Below, piece after piece: positions 10,270-17,596 of a stretch of DNA of 32,000 bases. Both the position numbers and the translations under genes were made by a program. Within the stretch, counting starts at the first letter, position 1. Each line of letters begins with the position of its first letter. A model generated the notes under the pieces. That model ran no database searches, was not told the origin of the DNA, and saw only the letters and a program-made list of their open reading frames with translations. The DNA lies in the NCBI GenBank assembly GCA_028710695.1, contig JAQTTP010000007.1, forward strand, positions 15,357-47,356, written 5' to 3'. The DNA is from Candidatus Iainarchaeum sp. (GTDB taxonomy: Archaea; Iainarchaeota; Iainarchaeia; Iainarchaeales; 0-14-0-20-30-16).

Positions 10270-10358
10270 CCTTTTACGAAAAGGCACAGTCTGCCAAAAG
10301 TACCTAAGGTACTAAGGGGCACAAGGCCCCTCGAAATCTCGGTTTCTAGCCTTTTTTT
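10269..10358. terminator. four tandem hairpins plus T7 tract in the convergent gap after serS
   Basis: GCCTTTT-ACG-AAAAGGC 10269-10285; AGTACC-TAA-GGTACT 10299-10313; AGGGGC-ACAAG-GCCCCT 10315-10331; GAAAT-CTCG-GTTTC 10333-10346; TTTTTTT 10352-10358. Confidence 0.6.
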
Positions 10359-11106
10359 ATTCTTTTTCCAAAGGCAGGGTTAAATTACTGTCCCAGATTG
10401 CCCTAAAATAATTTTTATAACTCTCTGCTAAATTCTTGTCAATTATTCTAACTGCAAAAGGAAACTCTTTATACCAAAATACCAATACAACTCTATCCCC
10501 ATAAATCCAGGTGGATGCCGGAGATTCATAACTTTCTGGCATGTACTTAACTTGTGTATATTGCATTGCTGCAAATTCTTTTCCTCTTTTCATACTTTGT
10601 GGAGTGTTTATCATTATTATCTTCAGGGGGATTTTTGCTTGTTGCCGTTCTTTTTCAAATGAATGGGCTCTTGCACCACTTATTTCGGGGCCTTTTCCAG
10701 GAACATTATAACCAAACCATTCTTGCTTCTGCCTAACAACATCATTATAAATAGTTTTTAATCCTTCCAAACCCTCCAAAATCTCCACAATTGGCTTGTT
10801 AAATCTTGGTTTATAGAGATTAATCAGTTCTGGCAAAATCTCCTCAAAAGCTTTTTCTTTTTCTTTTAAGTGGTCCAATATTTTATTTGGCTCTGCGGCA
10901 CGATAATATCTTACATTATTTTTTATGATATAGGTAACAATTCCTTTTTCTTCCAAAGTTTCCAAAATAGAATATAGTAAACTTCTGTTTATTTTTGTCC
11001 TATTTGCTATTTCGGAAACTAATGCATCCCCCAAGTTAAGTAAGGCGGTGTAAACCTTTGCTTCTTTAGGGGTTAAGCCTATTTTTTCCAATTGTTCAAG
11101 ATCCAT
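10357..11106 (-). CDS. TrmB-family transcriptional regulator
   Basis: MDLEQLEKIGLTPKEAKVYTALLNLGDALVSEIANRTKINRSLLYSILETLEEKGIVTYI winged-helix plus IVEILEGLEGLKTIYNDVV effector region. Confidence 0.9.
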   Translation of the reverse strand: MDLEQLEKIGLTPKEAKVYTALLNLGDALVSEIANRTKINRSLLYSILETLEEKGIVTYIIKNNVRYYRAAEPNKILDHLKEKEKAFEEILPELINLYKPRFNKPIVEILEGLEGLKTIYNDVVRQKQEWFGYNVPGKGPEISGARAHSFEKERQQAKIPLKIIMINTPQSMKRGKEFAAMQYTQVKYMPESYESPASTWIYGDRVVLVFWYKEFPFAVRIIDKNLAESYKNYFRAIWDSNLTLPLEKE

Positions 11107-11140
11107 ACCTATTACTAACTAAGAAATTATTTTAAAGATG

Positions 11141-11161
11141 TTGTTATAAAAAAACAACAAG
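11141..11161. promoter_or_regulatory. candidate operator palindrome over a TATA-like sequence
   Basis: TGTTGTT-ATAAAAA-AACAACA (7-bp perfect arms, 7-nt spacer) between divergent genes 10357-11106(-) and 11214-12353(+). Confidence 0.4.
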
Positions 11162-11213
11162 GGATTTTATTCTCCAAAAGCCAAAGAGATAATATAACCC
11201 ACGAGGTGGTTTA

Positions 11214-12353
11214 ATGGATATATGGAAAATAATAACTATTTTCATTGTTATAATTGCTATTTTTGCAGTAGTTTTAGATGTAAGTAATGTTGGATTTTTT
11301 TCATTAAATAATAGCCCAGAGACAATAAAAGTGGGCGTAATTCTACCATTAACAGGAAGCAACTCTGCAGATGCAGGAATACCTATAAAAAAGGGATTAG
11401 ATTTGGCTCTTGAGGAATTAGATAAAGGCAATACAGACTATAAAATAGAATTGGTCTACGAAGATTCACAATATGACAGCAAGGTTGCTGTACAAGCAAT
11501 ACAAAAACTTCTTAATATAGATAAAATAAAATTTATTATCGGGGAAGCGGGCTCAAGCCAAACATTAGCAATCGCTCCAATTGCTGAGCAAAATAAAATT
11601 ATTCTAATTTCAACAGCATCACAATCAGACAAAGTTTCAACAGCAGGAGATTATATTTTTAGAACACAATCAAATGTATCTCAAGAAGCAGAGTTCTTTG
11701 CGCCTTATTTGAAAGAACAATTAGGTAACAAAAGCCTTGCAATAATTGGGATGAACACAGATTATGGAAAATCATATTCTGATGCTTTTACTAGAGTATT
11801 CACAAACTTAGGCGGAAATATCAAATTCTCAGAACTTTACGACAAAGACGAAAAAGATTTTAAAACAATTTTATCAAAAATAGATGCCGCCAGCGCAGAT
11901 GCAATATTAATTGCTGGCTTAAGAGAACCAAACGGAATGATACTAAAGCAAGCCAAGGAATTGAATTTAATAAAACCATTTTATGCAACATCAGCAACAC
12001 AAGGAAAAGAGTTTTTACAAATTGCTGGAGACTCTGCAGAAGGATTAATTTATGCGTATCCTTTTGATGAAACTAGCAATATTATTTCTATGAAATCATA
12101 TCAAGAAAAATTCTCAGAAAAATATGGCGAAAGCAGCGATATGCTTTCTGCAAATGCATATGATGCATTAATACTATTAAACACCTGCTTTAAAGAAGTC
12201 GGAACAGACCCAGACAATGTAAAGACTTGTTTATACAATACAAAAGATTACAAAGGCGCAAGCGGAATATTAACATTCGATGCAAACGGAGATGTAAAGA
12301 AAAACTTTGTCCTAAAAACAGTTAAAAATGGAAAGTTTGTAAAGCTTTCCTAA
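11214..12353 (+). CDS. ABC transporter substrate-binding protein, branched-chain amino acid type (periplasmic binding fold type 1)
   Basis: Signal/anchor IITIFIVIIAIFAVVLDVSNVG; IKVGVILPLTGSNSADAGIPIKKGLDLALEELDKG; YELVYEDSQYDSKVAVQAIQKLL; SSQTLAIAPIAEQNKIILISTASQSDKV. Confidence 0.9.
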   Translation: MDIWKIITIFIVIIAIFAVVLDVSNVGFFSLNNSPETIKVGVILPLTGSNSADAGIPIKKGLDLALEELDKGNTDYKIELVYEDSQYDSKVAVQAIQKLLNIDKIKFIIGEAGSSQTLAIAPIAEQNKIILISTASQSDKVSTAGDYIFRTQSNVSQEAEFFAPYLKEQLGNKSLAIIGMNTDYGKSYSDAFTRVFTNLGGNIKFSELYDKDEKDFKTILSKIDAASADAILIAGLREPNGMILKQAKELNLIKPFYATSATQGKEFLQIAGDSAEGLIYAYPFDETSNIISMKSYQEKFSEKYGESSDMLSANAYDALILLNTCFKEVGTDPDNVKTCLYNTKDYKGASGILTFDANGDVKKNFVLKTVKNGKFVKLS

Positions 12354-12730
12354 TTTTTTAATTTAAAAAACATCTTAACAACCGGTGCAATCTCAAACTT
12401 ATCTAAATCTTTCAAATCTATCCAATTAAAATCCGTATGTTCGTGGCTTAATTTAACTTTTCCAGAATAATTTTTTATTTTGAAAACAAAGAAGTGAATC
12501 TTTTCTCCTTTTTCAGTATAATCAAATTCAGAAAACTTATCTTCCGGAACTACAGCAAGATTTGTCTCTTCTTTTGCCTCTCTCACCACAGATTGATCTG
12601 ATGTTTCCCCTAATTCCTGTTTACCACCCGGAAAATCCCAAAGCCCTGGAAAGAATTTTGCTTTTGCAGATCTCTTTACAAGAAGCACTTTATTACTATC
12701 AGATATTACTGCTTTGGCTACTGTAATCAT
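12350..12730 (-). CDS. NUDIX hydrolase
   Basis: Nudix box GKQELGETSDQSVVREAKEETNL. Confidence 0.93.
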   Translation of the reverse strand: MITVAKAVISDSNKVLLVKRSAKAKFFPGLWDFPGGKQELGETSDQSVVREAKEETNLAVVPEDKFSEFDYTEKGEKIHFFVFKIKNYSGKVKLSHEHTDFNWIDLKDLDKFEIAPVVKMFFKLKN

Positions 12731-12805
12731 AAGATAACTAATAAAAGGAATTATATAAAAAGTTTTGGAAAATAAAAAAAGTAAAAAAAGATAAAAAGTT
12801 AAGAA

Positions 12806-12937
12806 CTAGTTAAGTTCTCCTCTTCTTCTTGCTCTTTCTCTCTTATTTCTCTTCATTCTTTTCTTGTGCCATTTCCATCTACCATCGGCAGCCTTGGTTT
12901 TCTTAAATCTACTCGAATCTTTTCCTCTATGTCCCAT
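12806..12937 (-). CDS. candidate ribosomal protein eL41-like small basic protein
   Basis: Manual translation, 43 aa: MGHRGKDSSRFKKTKAADGRWKWHKKRMKRNKRERARRRGELN. RWKWHKKRMKRNKRERARRR aligns with eukaryotic eL41 ([25 protein letters not shown]). Not in ORF track (too short). Confidence 0.6.
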   Translation of the reverse strand: MGHRGKDSSRFKKTKAADGRWKWHKKRMKRNKRERARRRGELN

Positions 12938-12960
12938 TTATTCACCTTTCACTTCCCAAC

Positions 12961-13006
12961 TTCCTGAACATAACTCCTCAGGAATGGTACTTCCTACTTC
13001 AGCAGG
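12961..13006 (-). other. two adjacent hairpins upstream of the eL41-like ORF (possible structured leader)
   Basis: Minus-strand CCUGC-UGAA-GUAGG (12993-13006) and UUCCUGA-N10-UCAGGAA (12961-12984). Confidence 0.35.
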
Positions 13007-13086
13007 GTTCTCCTAAAATCAGTAGTAATTAATATAATTATTACATACAGTATATTTTTAATAGTTTACCTTAAAATAGGGATAAA

Positions 13087-13695
13087 ATGGCTTTGACACT
13101 ACGTAGATTTAACCTACATCTAAGAAATATATTGATTTTTGTATATTTACTTTTATTATACCTCCGTATAGATCGGGGTTATTATGAAATAGGGATTTGT
13201 TTTGCTGGGATCATCCTTTTATTCCTCCCAAATATATTAAAACGGTTTAAAGTCTATATGAGTGATAGTGTTATCTTATTATTCTTTACATTTCTCTTTT
13301 TGGGGGTTATTGGGGAAACTATTTCTGTACAGTTCTTTTGGTATGACAAAATTTTACATTTGGGAAGCGGGTTTACGTATTTTACTGCGGGAATGGTTTT
13401 ATTAATTATTAGATATGGAGAATCAAAAGTAAACTATAATTATGATAGTGCCACATTGTACAGTTATTTATTTTGTATGTTCATTTTACTTGCTTGGGAA
13501 GTATTTGAGGCTATTTGTGACTTTACATTTAGCACAAACCTGCTTCAGGGCGGTTTAAATGATACATTTTGGGATATATTCTGCGATTTTTTGGGTGCTA
13601 CCTTTTCCGCAATACTTTTCTTCTGGCACTTTAGAAAAAAACAAATAAAGTTACTCTCATTTTTATCAGAAGATCTATTCAGAAAAAGGCTTTAA
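13087..13695 (+). CDS. polytopic membrane protein, DUF2238/YjdF-like
   Basis: DKILHLGSGFTYFTAG, LAWEVFEAICDF and NDTFWDIFCDFLGATF with multiple TM helices resemble the DUF2238 pattern. Confidence 0.5.
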   Translation: MALTLRRFNLHLRNILIFVYLLLLYLRIDRGYYEIGICFAGIILLFLPNILKRFKVYMSDSVILLFFTFLFLGVIGETISVQFFWYDKILHLGSGFTYFTAGMVLLIIRYGESKVNYNYDSATLYSYLFCMFILLAWEVFEAICDFTFSTNLLQGGLNDTFWDIFCDFLGATFSAILFFWHFRKKQIKLLSFLSEDLFRKRL

Positions 13696-13707
13696 AGACG
13701 TGGCAAA

Positions 13708-14247
13708 ATGGATTATTTTTATATAGAGTTAATTAGCAGAATCTTGTTTTGTATTTTTTCGCTTTTGGCATTAAGCCTTTTGATCAAGATATTATTGCGA
13801 AAAGAAGATATTAGCAAACAGGTACAAGACAAACTAATTCCTTACAGAACAATTTTCGAAGTAATTTATTTTGCACTGCAGGCATGGTATATAATCTCGC
13901 CCATCACTCGATTACAAGCACTATTGATTCCAACAATACCTGGCTGGCTAGTAGTAGTTGGCTTATGTTTTGCTTTTGTAGGTATTGCCTTGCGGGTTTG
14001 GGCACAGTTCAGTTTAGGAAATATGTGGTCTGAAAAAATCAGACTTCTTAAAAACCACAAACTAATCAAAACTGGGCCATATCATTATCTAAATCACCCA
14101 ATGTACTTATCATACATTTTCATAACCATTGGTTCATTTTTAGTAACTTCCGATTGGTTATTACTTGTGGCAGGATCAATCTATACCATATTATCAGTTC
14201 AGAAAATACCTAAAGAAGATTTACTATTAAAAACTCTAAAAAAATAA
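13708..14247 (+). CDS. isoprenylcysteine carboxyl methyltransferase/PEMT-like membrane methyltransferase
   Basis: LRVWAQFSLGNMWSEKIRLLKNHKLIKTGPYHYLNHPMYLSYIFITIGSF. Confidence 0.85.
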   Translation: MDYFYIELISRILFCIFSLLALSLLIKILLRKEDISKQVQDKLIPYRTIFEVIYFALQAWYIISPITRLQALLIPTIPGWLVVVGLCFAFVGIALRVWAQFSLGNMWSEKIRLLKNHKLIKTGPYHYLNHPMYLSYIFITIGSFLVTSDWLLLVAGSIYTILSVQKIPKEDLLLKTLKK

Positions 14248-14269
14248 GGGCCTCTACGGCCCAGTTTTT
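14248..14269 (+). terminator. hairpin plus T-run downstream of the methyltransferase gene
   Basis: GGGCC-TCTAC-GGCCC-AG-TTTTT. Confidence 0.6.
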
Positions 14270-14355
14270 CTTTTGGCAAGATTACTTGTTTTCTTTCTTT
14301 TTGGCAAACTTAGGCTTATTCTTTCTTTTTTGAAAAGAAAGAAAAAGGATAGTAG

Positions 14356-14427
14356 TGCCCCGACCGGGAATCGAACCCGGGTCGTCGGCTTGAAAGGCCA
14401 ACGTGATAACCACTACACTACCGGGGC
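14356..14427 (-). tRNA. tRNA-Glu (anticodon TTC)
   Basis: Minus strand GCCCCGGTAGTGTAGTGGTTATCACGTTGGCCTTTCAAGCCGACGACCCGGGTTCGATTCCCGGTCGGGGCA: cloverleaf with TTGGC-CTTTCAA-GCCGA anticodon arm and CCGGG-TTCGATT-CCCGG T-arm; CCA not encoded. Confidence 0.95.
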
Positions 14428-14607
14428 GGGAACAAACTTTCCCCAAAAAGCTAATTTGCCTTATTGCAAATTACTTTAGGGGGCCAAGAAAATTTCCTTG
14501 TATGGAAATTTGTCTTTTCCCGTTAGAGTTGCACTACACAAGGTAGTGCGGTGCTAACGCACACAACGAGAAAAATTTTGTTTTTCTGTTTTACGTAAAA
14601 AAACAGA
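14428..14607. other. cluster of tandem inverted repeats, candidate non-coding RNA
   Basis: GGGAA-N6-TTCCC 14428-14443; TAATTTGC-N6-GCAAATTA 14452-14473; AAATTTCC-N6-GGAAATTT 14490-14511; CGTTAG...GCACTAC-ACAAG-GTAGTGC...CTAACG 14521-14559; TCTGTTTT-N7-AAAACAGA 14585-14607. Confidence 0.5.
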
Positions 14608-14653
14608 TTATGATTTTATTACTTGCAATATCTTTTAAAAGGTTATAGTTGAT

Positions 14654-15244
14654 TTAACCCACTTTTTTCTTTATAAACTTCACAAGAGCACCATCTGCCA
14701 CAAGCTTCTTATTGCCTTTCATAACACAAATGTTCTCTTTACTTACTGCAGGAAGATCTCCGCCCCAGACACCCTTAAAGCCTTTAGATTTCAAAGATTT
14801 TGTGTAATTGTCTAAAATGTAAAAGAACTCACGCGGGTCTTTCGCTTCCTGCTTTTTGTCTATTTTACAAAAAGGGAACTCTTCCCCATAGAACTTATAA
14901 TTAGGAAATAACCTGCAAATCAGAGGCCTTACATCATAAATTTTACATTCTGAGTTCTCCAAAAAGACGCATTTAGAATCTGATTTCAAAGAAAAAGCCA
15001 TAAAGCAGGATTTGCCATACTTTTCTGCTATTTTCTTATCATCAACAGGAGACAGTTTAGCATTATTTTCAAGATCATAGAGCTCAATATAATAATTGGC
15101 ATATTTATTCAAAAAATCCTTAACACTAATCCTTAAAAAAAAGGCAATTTCTTTTGCATTTTCGGGAAAAGTAAAAATTGTGTATTTCCTACAGCACAAA
15201 TCACAGCCAGAACAAGGATTCTTCATAAATACTATTTCTGCCAA
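14654..15244 (-). CDS. YkgJ-family cysteine cluster protein (metal/Fe-S binding)
   Basis: MKNPCSGCDLCCRKYTIF and CVFLENSECKIYDVRPLICRLFPNY. Confidence 0.85.
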   Translation of the reverse strand: MAEIVFMKNPCSGCDLCCRKYTIFTFPENAKEIAFFLRISVKDFLNKYANYYIELYDLENNAKLSPVDDKKIAEKYGKSCFMAFSLKSDSKCVFLENSECKIYDVRPLICRLFPNYKFYGEEFPFCKIDKKQEAKDPREFFYILDNYTKSLKSKGFKGVWGGDLPAVSKENICVMKGNKKLVADGALVKFIKKKVG

Positions 15245-15280
15245 AGTATATTTAAAAACTGATACATCACTCTTTTTAAT

Positions 15281-16885
15281 ATGGCGAACTATACAAAAGA
15301 CTTAAAGATTACTGAAAAAGACTTAGAAAAAATAACTAAGGAAATAGAATCCCTTGTTGCTAAGTACAGAATTCATTTTAAAGAAATACAAAATCCTTCA
15401 AAGATCTTTGGAGTTTGTATGGGAAGCCAAGATCTAAAAATTTATTTTGCAAAAAACATAAAAGTCGCACAAGAACTATGTAAAGAAATCACAGAAAAAG
15501 TAAATAAATTAAGCATAGACGAACTACAAAAACAATACCCTACTTGTAACGAAGAAAAACCAAAAGAAAAAAGAGAGAAGAAATTAGAATATCCAAAATT
15601 GGAAATCACTGGCGAAGTAGTAACTGCTTACCCTCCAGATCCATCAAAATATCCACACATTGGACATGGTTATGCATCTTTTATTAATTACAATTTTGCA
15701 AAAATGCACAATGGAAAATTTATTTTAAGATTTGAGGACACAAATCCAACAATTGTAAAGAAAGAATATTATGATGCAATCCTTAATGGCCTAAAATGGC
15801 TAGGGGTTGTTCCAGACAAAGTTGTAAACGCAAGCGATTATATTGAAAAATTATATGACGAAACAAGAAAATTCATAAAAGATGGAAATGCCTATATTTG
15901 CGATTGTTATGCAGATGTTGTTAAATCAAATAGACAAGCAAGAAAAGAATGCAAATGTAGAAAAAAATCTATTGAACAAAACTTAGAAGAATTTGAAGAT
16001 TTAGTAAAAGGAAAATACGAACCCGGAAAAAAATTAGTTAGATTAAAACTAAATATGAAAAGCAAAAGAGCAGAAATGAGAGACCCAGGAATTATGAGAA
16101 CTATATTTGATGAGCACCCATTGGCTGGAAAGAAATACAAACTTTGGCCATCATATGTTTGGCAAAACACATTTTTAGATCATTACAATGGAGTAACACA
16201 CAGATTTAGATCAAAAGAATTTGAACCTTGGAAACCGGTGCAGGAAGAAATTGCAAAATTAGCTGGGTTCAAAATGGCACAAATCTACGAATATGCGAGA
16301 GTAAATATTTCTGGAGTTAAAGCATCAGGAAGACAAATTAGAGAACTAGTTGAAAAAGGAGAAATGGATTGGGATGACCCAAGACTAACTACTTTGTTAT
16401 CATTAAAAAGAAGAGGATTTATTCCAAATGCAATAAGAGAATTCATCCAAAAAATGGGATTATCAAAAACAGAATCCACAGCACAATGGGGAGTACTAGA
16501 AAGCTTCAATAGAAAAGAACTTGCGGATGTTGAAAAAGTTGCATTCTTTAAGAGCACAAAGGAATTCACAGTAAACAAAGAAAAGATTTACATTGACCCA
16601 ACTGACCTAAAAGAAGGCACAGAATATAGGTTAAGACATTTTTGTAATGTAATTTACAAGAGTGACAAATTAGAAGTATGTGGAAACGAAATCAAGAAAG
16701 GCATTTCCATTTTGCCATTTGCAAAAGAAATAAAAGAAATTACGGTTGTTATGGGCGATGCTTCCAAAGTAAAGGGTTTCATAGAAGTTAAGCCATTAAA
16801 AGAAACAAATTATTTCTTTGAGGGTTTGGGCTTTGTAAAGGTAGATTCCTTAAAGCCGCTTGTAGCTTACTTTACACATAAGTAA
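15281..16885 (+). CDS. gltX: glutamyl-tRNA synthetase (archaeal class I GluRS/GlnRS family)
   Basis: PHIGHGYASFINYNFAKMHNGKFILRFEDTNPTIVKKEYYDAILNGLKWLGV; DWDDPRLTTLLSLKRRGFIPNAIREFI. Confidence 0.93.
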   Translation: MANYTKDLKITEKDLEKITKEIESLVAKYRIHFKEIQNPSKIFGVCMGSQDLKIYFAKNIKVAQELCKEITEKVNKLSIDELQKQYPTCNEEKPKEKREKKLEYPKLEITGEVVTAYPPDPSKYPHIGHGYASFINYNFAKMHNGKFILRFEDTNPTIVKKEYYDAILNGLKWLGVVPDKVVNASDYIEKLYDETRKFIKDGNAYICDCYADVVKSNRQARKECKCRKKSIEQNLEEFEDLVKGKYEPGKKLVRLKLNMKSKRAEMRDPGIMRTIFDEHPLAGKKYKLWPSYVWQNTFLDHYNGVTHRFRSKEFEPWKPVQEEIAKLAGFKMAQIYEYARVNISGVKASGRQIRELVEKGEMDWDDPRLTTLLSLKRRGFIPNAIREFIQKMGLSKTESTAQWGVLESFNRKELADVEKVAFFKSTKEFTVNKEKIYIDPTDLKEGTEYRLRHFCNVIYKSDKLEVCGNEIKKGISILPFAKEIKEITVVMGDASKVKGFIEVKPLKETNYFFEGLGFVKVDSLKPLVAYFTHK

Positions 16886-16887
16886 TG

Positions 16888-17571
16888 TTAAGTTTTGGTT
16901 TTAAGTTTTGCTCCAGAGTTAGAAAGCTTTTGATCAATTCTAACTTGGATTTTATTCTTTATCTCCAAAGTTTTTGCTTTTGATAATCTTTTTATATCAG
17001 AATATAAAGTTTGATATTCCGCAACAGTTAAATTAATTATTTTTTCACTAAAGTCCAAGTATCTTTTTGGGTTCTTTCTTAAGGTTAGCCACACTAAACC
17101 AACGACAAACACAACCAAACAAGGAATATCAAGATAAGATGGAATCAATAATTTTGTTTCAAAAGTAAGAACAAGAGGGAAGATGAAATAAAAAAATAAC
17201 ACAGCCAAAATAATCCAATAAATCGAATGTAGAAGATCAACACGCCCACCAATATTAAATGTTGATTTTGAATAATCCCACAGTTTTACTTTTAACAATT
17301 TTTCGGATATTACACTGCCAAGATATTCAATAAGTATAAGTGCCAAAGAGGCAAAAATCAAAAGCCACACAAGTTGTAGTCCTGGTATTTTAAATATAAG
17401 AACAAGAACAACACCACCAAAACCATAGATTGGGCAAAAAGGCCCCCTAAAGTACCCGGCATTTACAAATTTGTGACTAACAATACTTCGATAACTAGAA
17501 TCTAAAATCCAGCCAATAAAAGAAAAAATAAAAAATTCAATAATATAAATTGTAATCATAAATAAACCCAA
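16888..17571 (-). CDS. putative membrane protein, 'ABC-transporter type IV' family (former DUF1113)
   Basis: IIEFFIFSFIGWILDSSYRSIVSHKFVNAGYFRGPFCPIYGFGGV pattern. Confidence 0.65.
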   Translation of the reverse strand: MGLFMITIYIIEFFIFSFIGWILDSSYRSIVSHKFVNAGYFRGPFCPIYGFGGVVLVLIFKIPGLQLVWLLIFASLALILIEYLGSVISEKLLKVKLWDYSKSTFNIGGRVDLLHSIYWIILAVLFFYFIFPLVLTFETKLLIPSYLDIPCLVVFVVGLVWLTLRKNPKRYLDFSEKIINLTVAEYQTLYSDIKRLSKAKTLEIKNKIQVRIDQKLSNSGAKLKTKT

Positions 17572-17596
17572 TTCACTACATTCAAATAATTATACT

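Noticed and set aside
12781-12937. Considered ribosomal protein eL39 for the small basic ORF
   Set aside because: It lacks the eL39 pattern (KxRLAKAxKQNRxVPxWV...RRHWR); the C-terminus fits eL41 better.
13021-13070. AT-rich imperfect palindromes (GTAATTAATATAATTATTAC) upstream of 13087
   Set aside because: Low-complexity AT sequence gives such pairings by chance; probably only promoter DNA.
14273-14479. Plus-strand 68-aa ORF in the track
   Set aside because: It translates the antisense of tRNA-Glu (SAPTGNRTRVVG... is a classic tRNA-derived artefact) plus inverted repeats; no protein signal.
15907-16578. Minus ORFs inside gltX
   Set aside because: Antisense shadows of the synthetase frame; Cys/Phe/Ser-rich without domain features.
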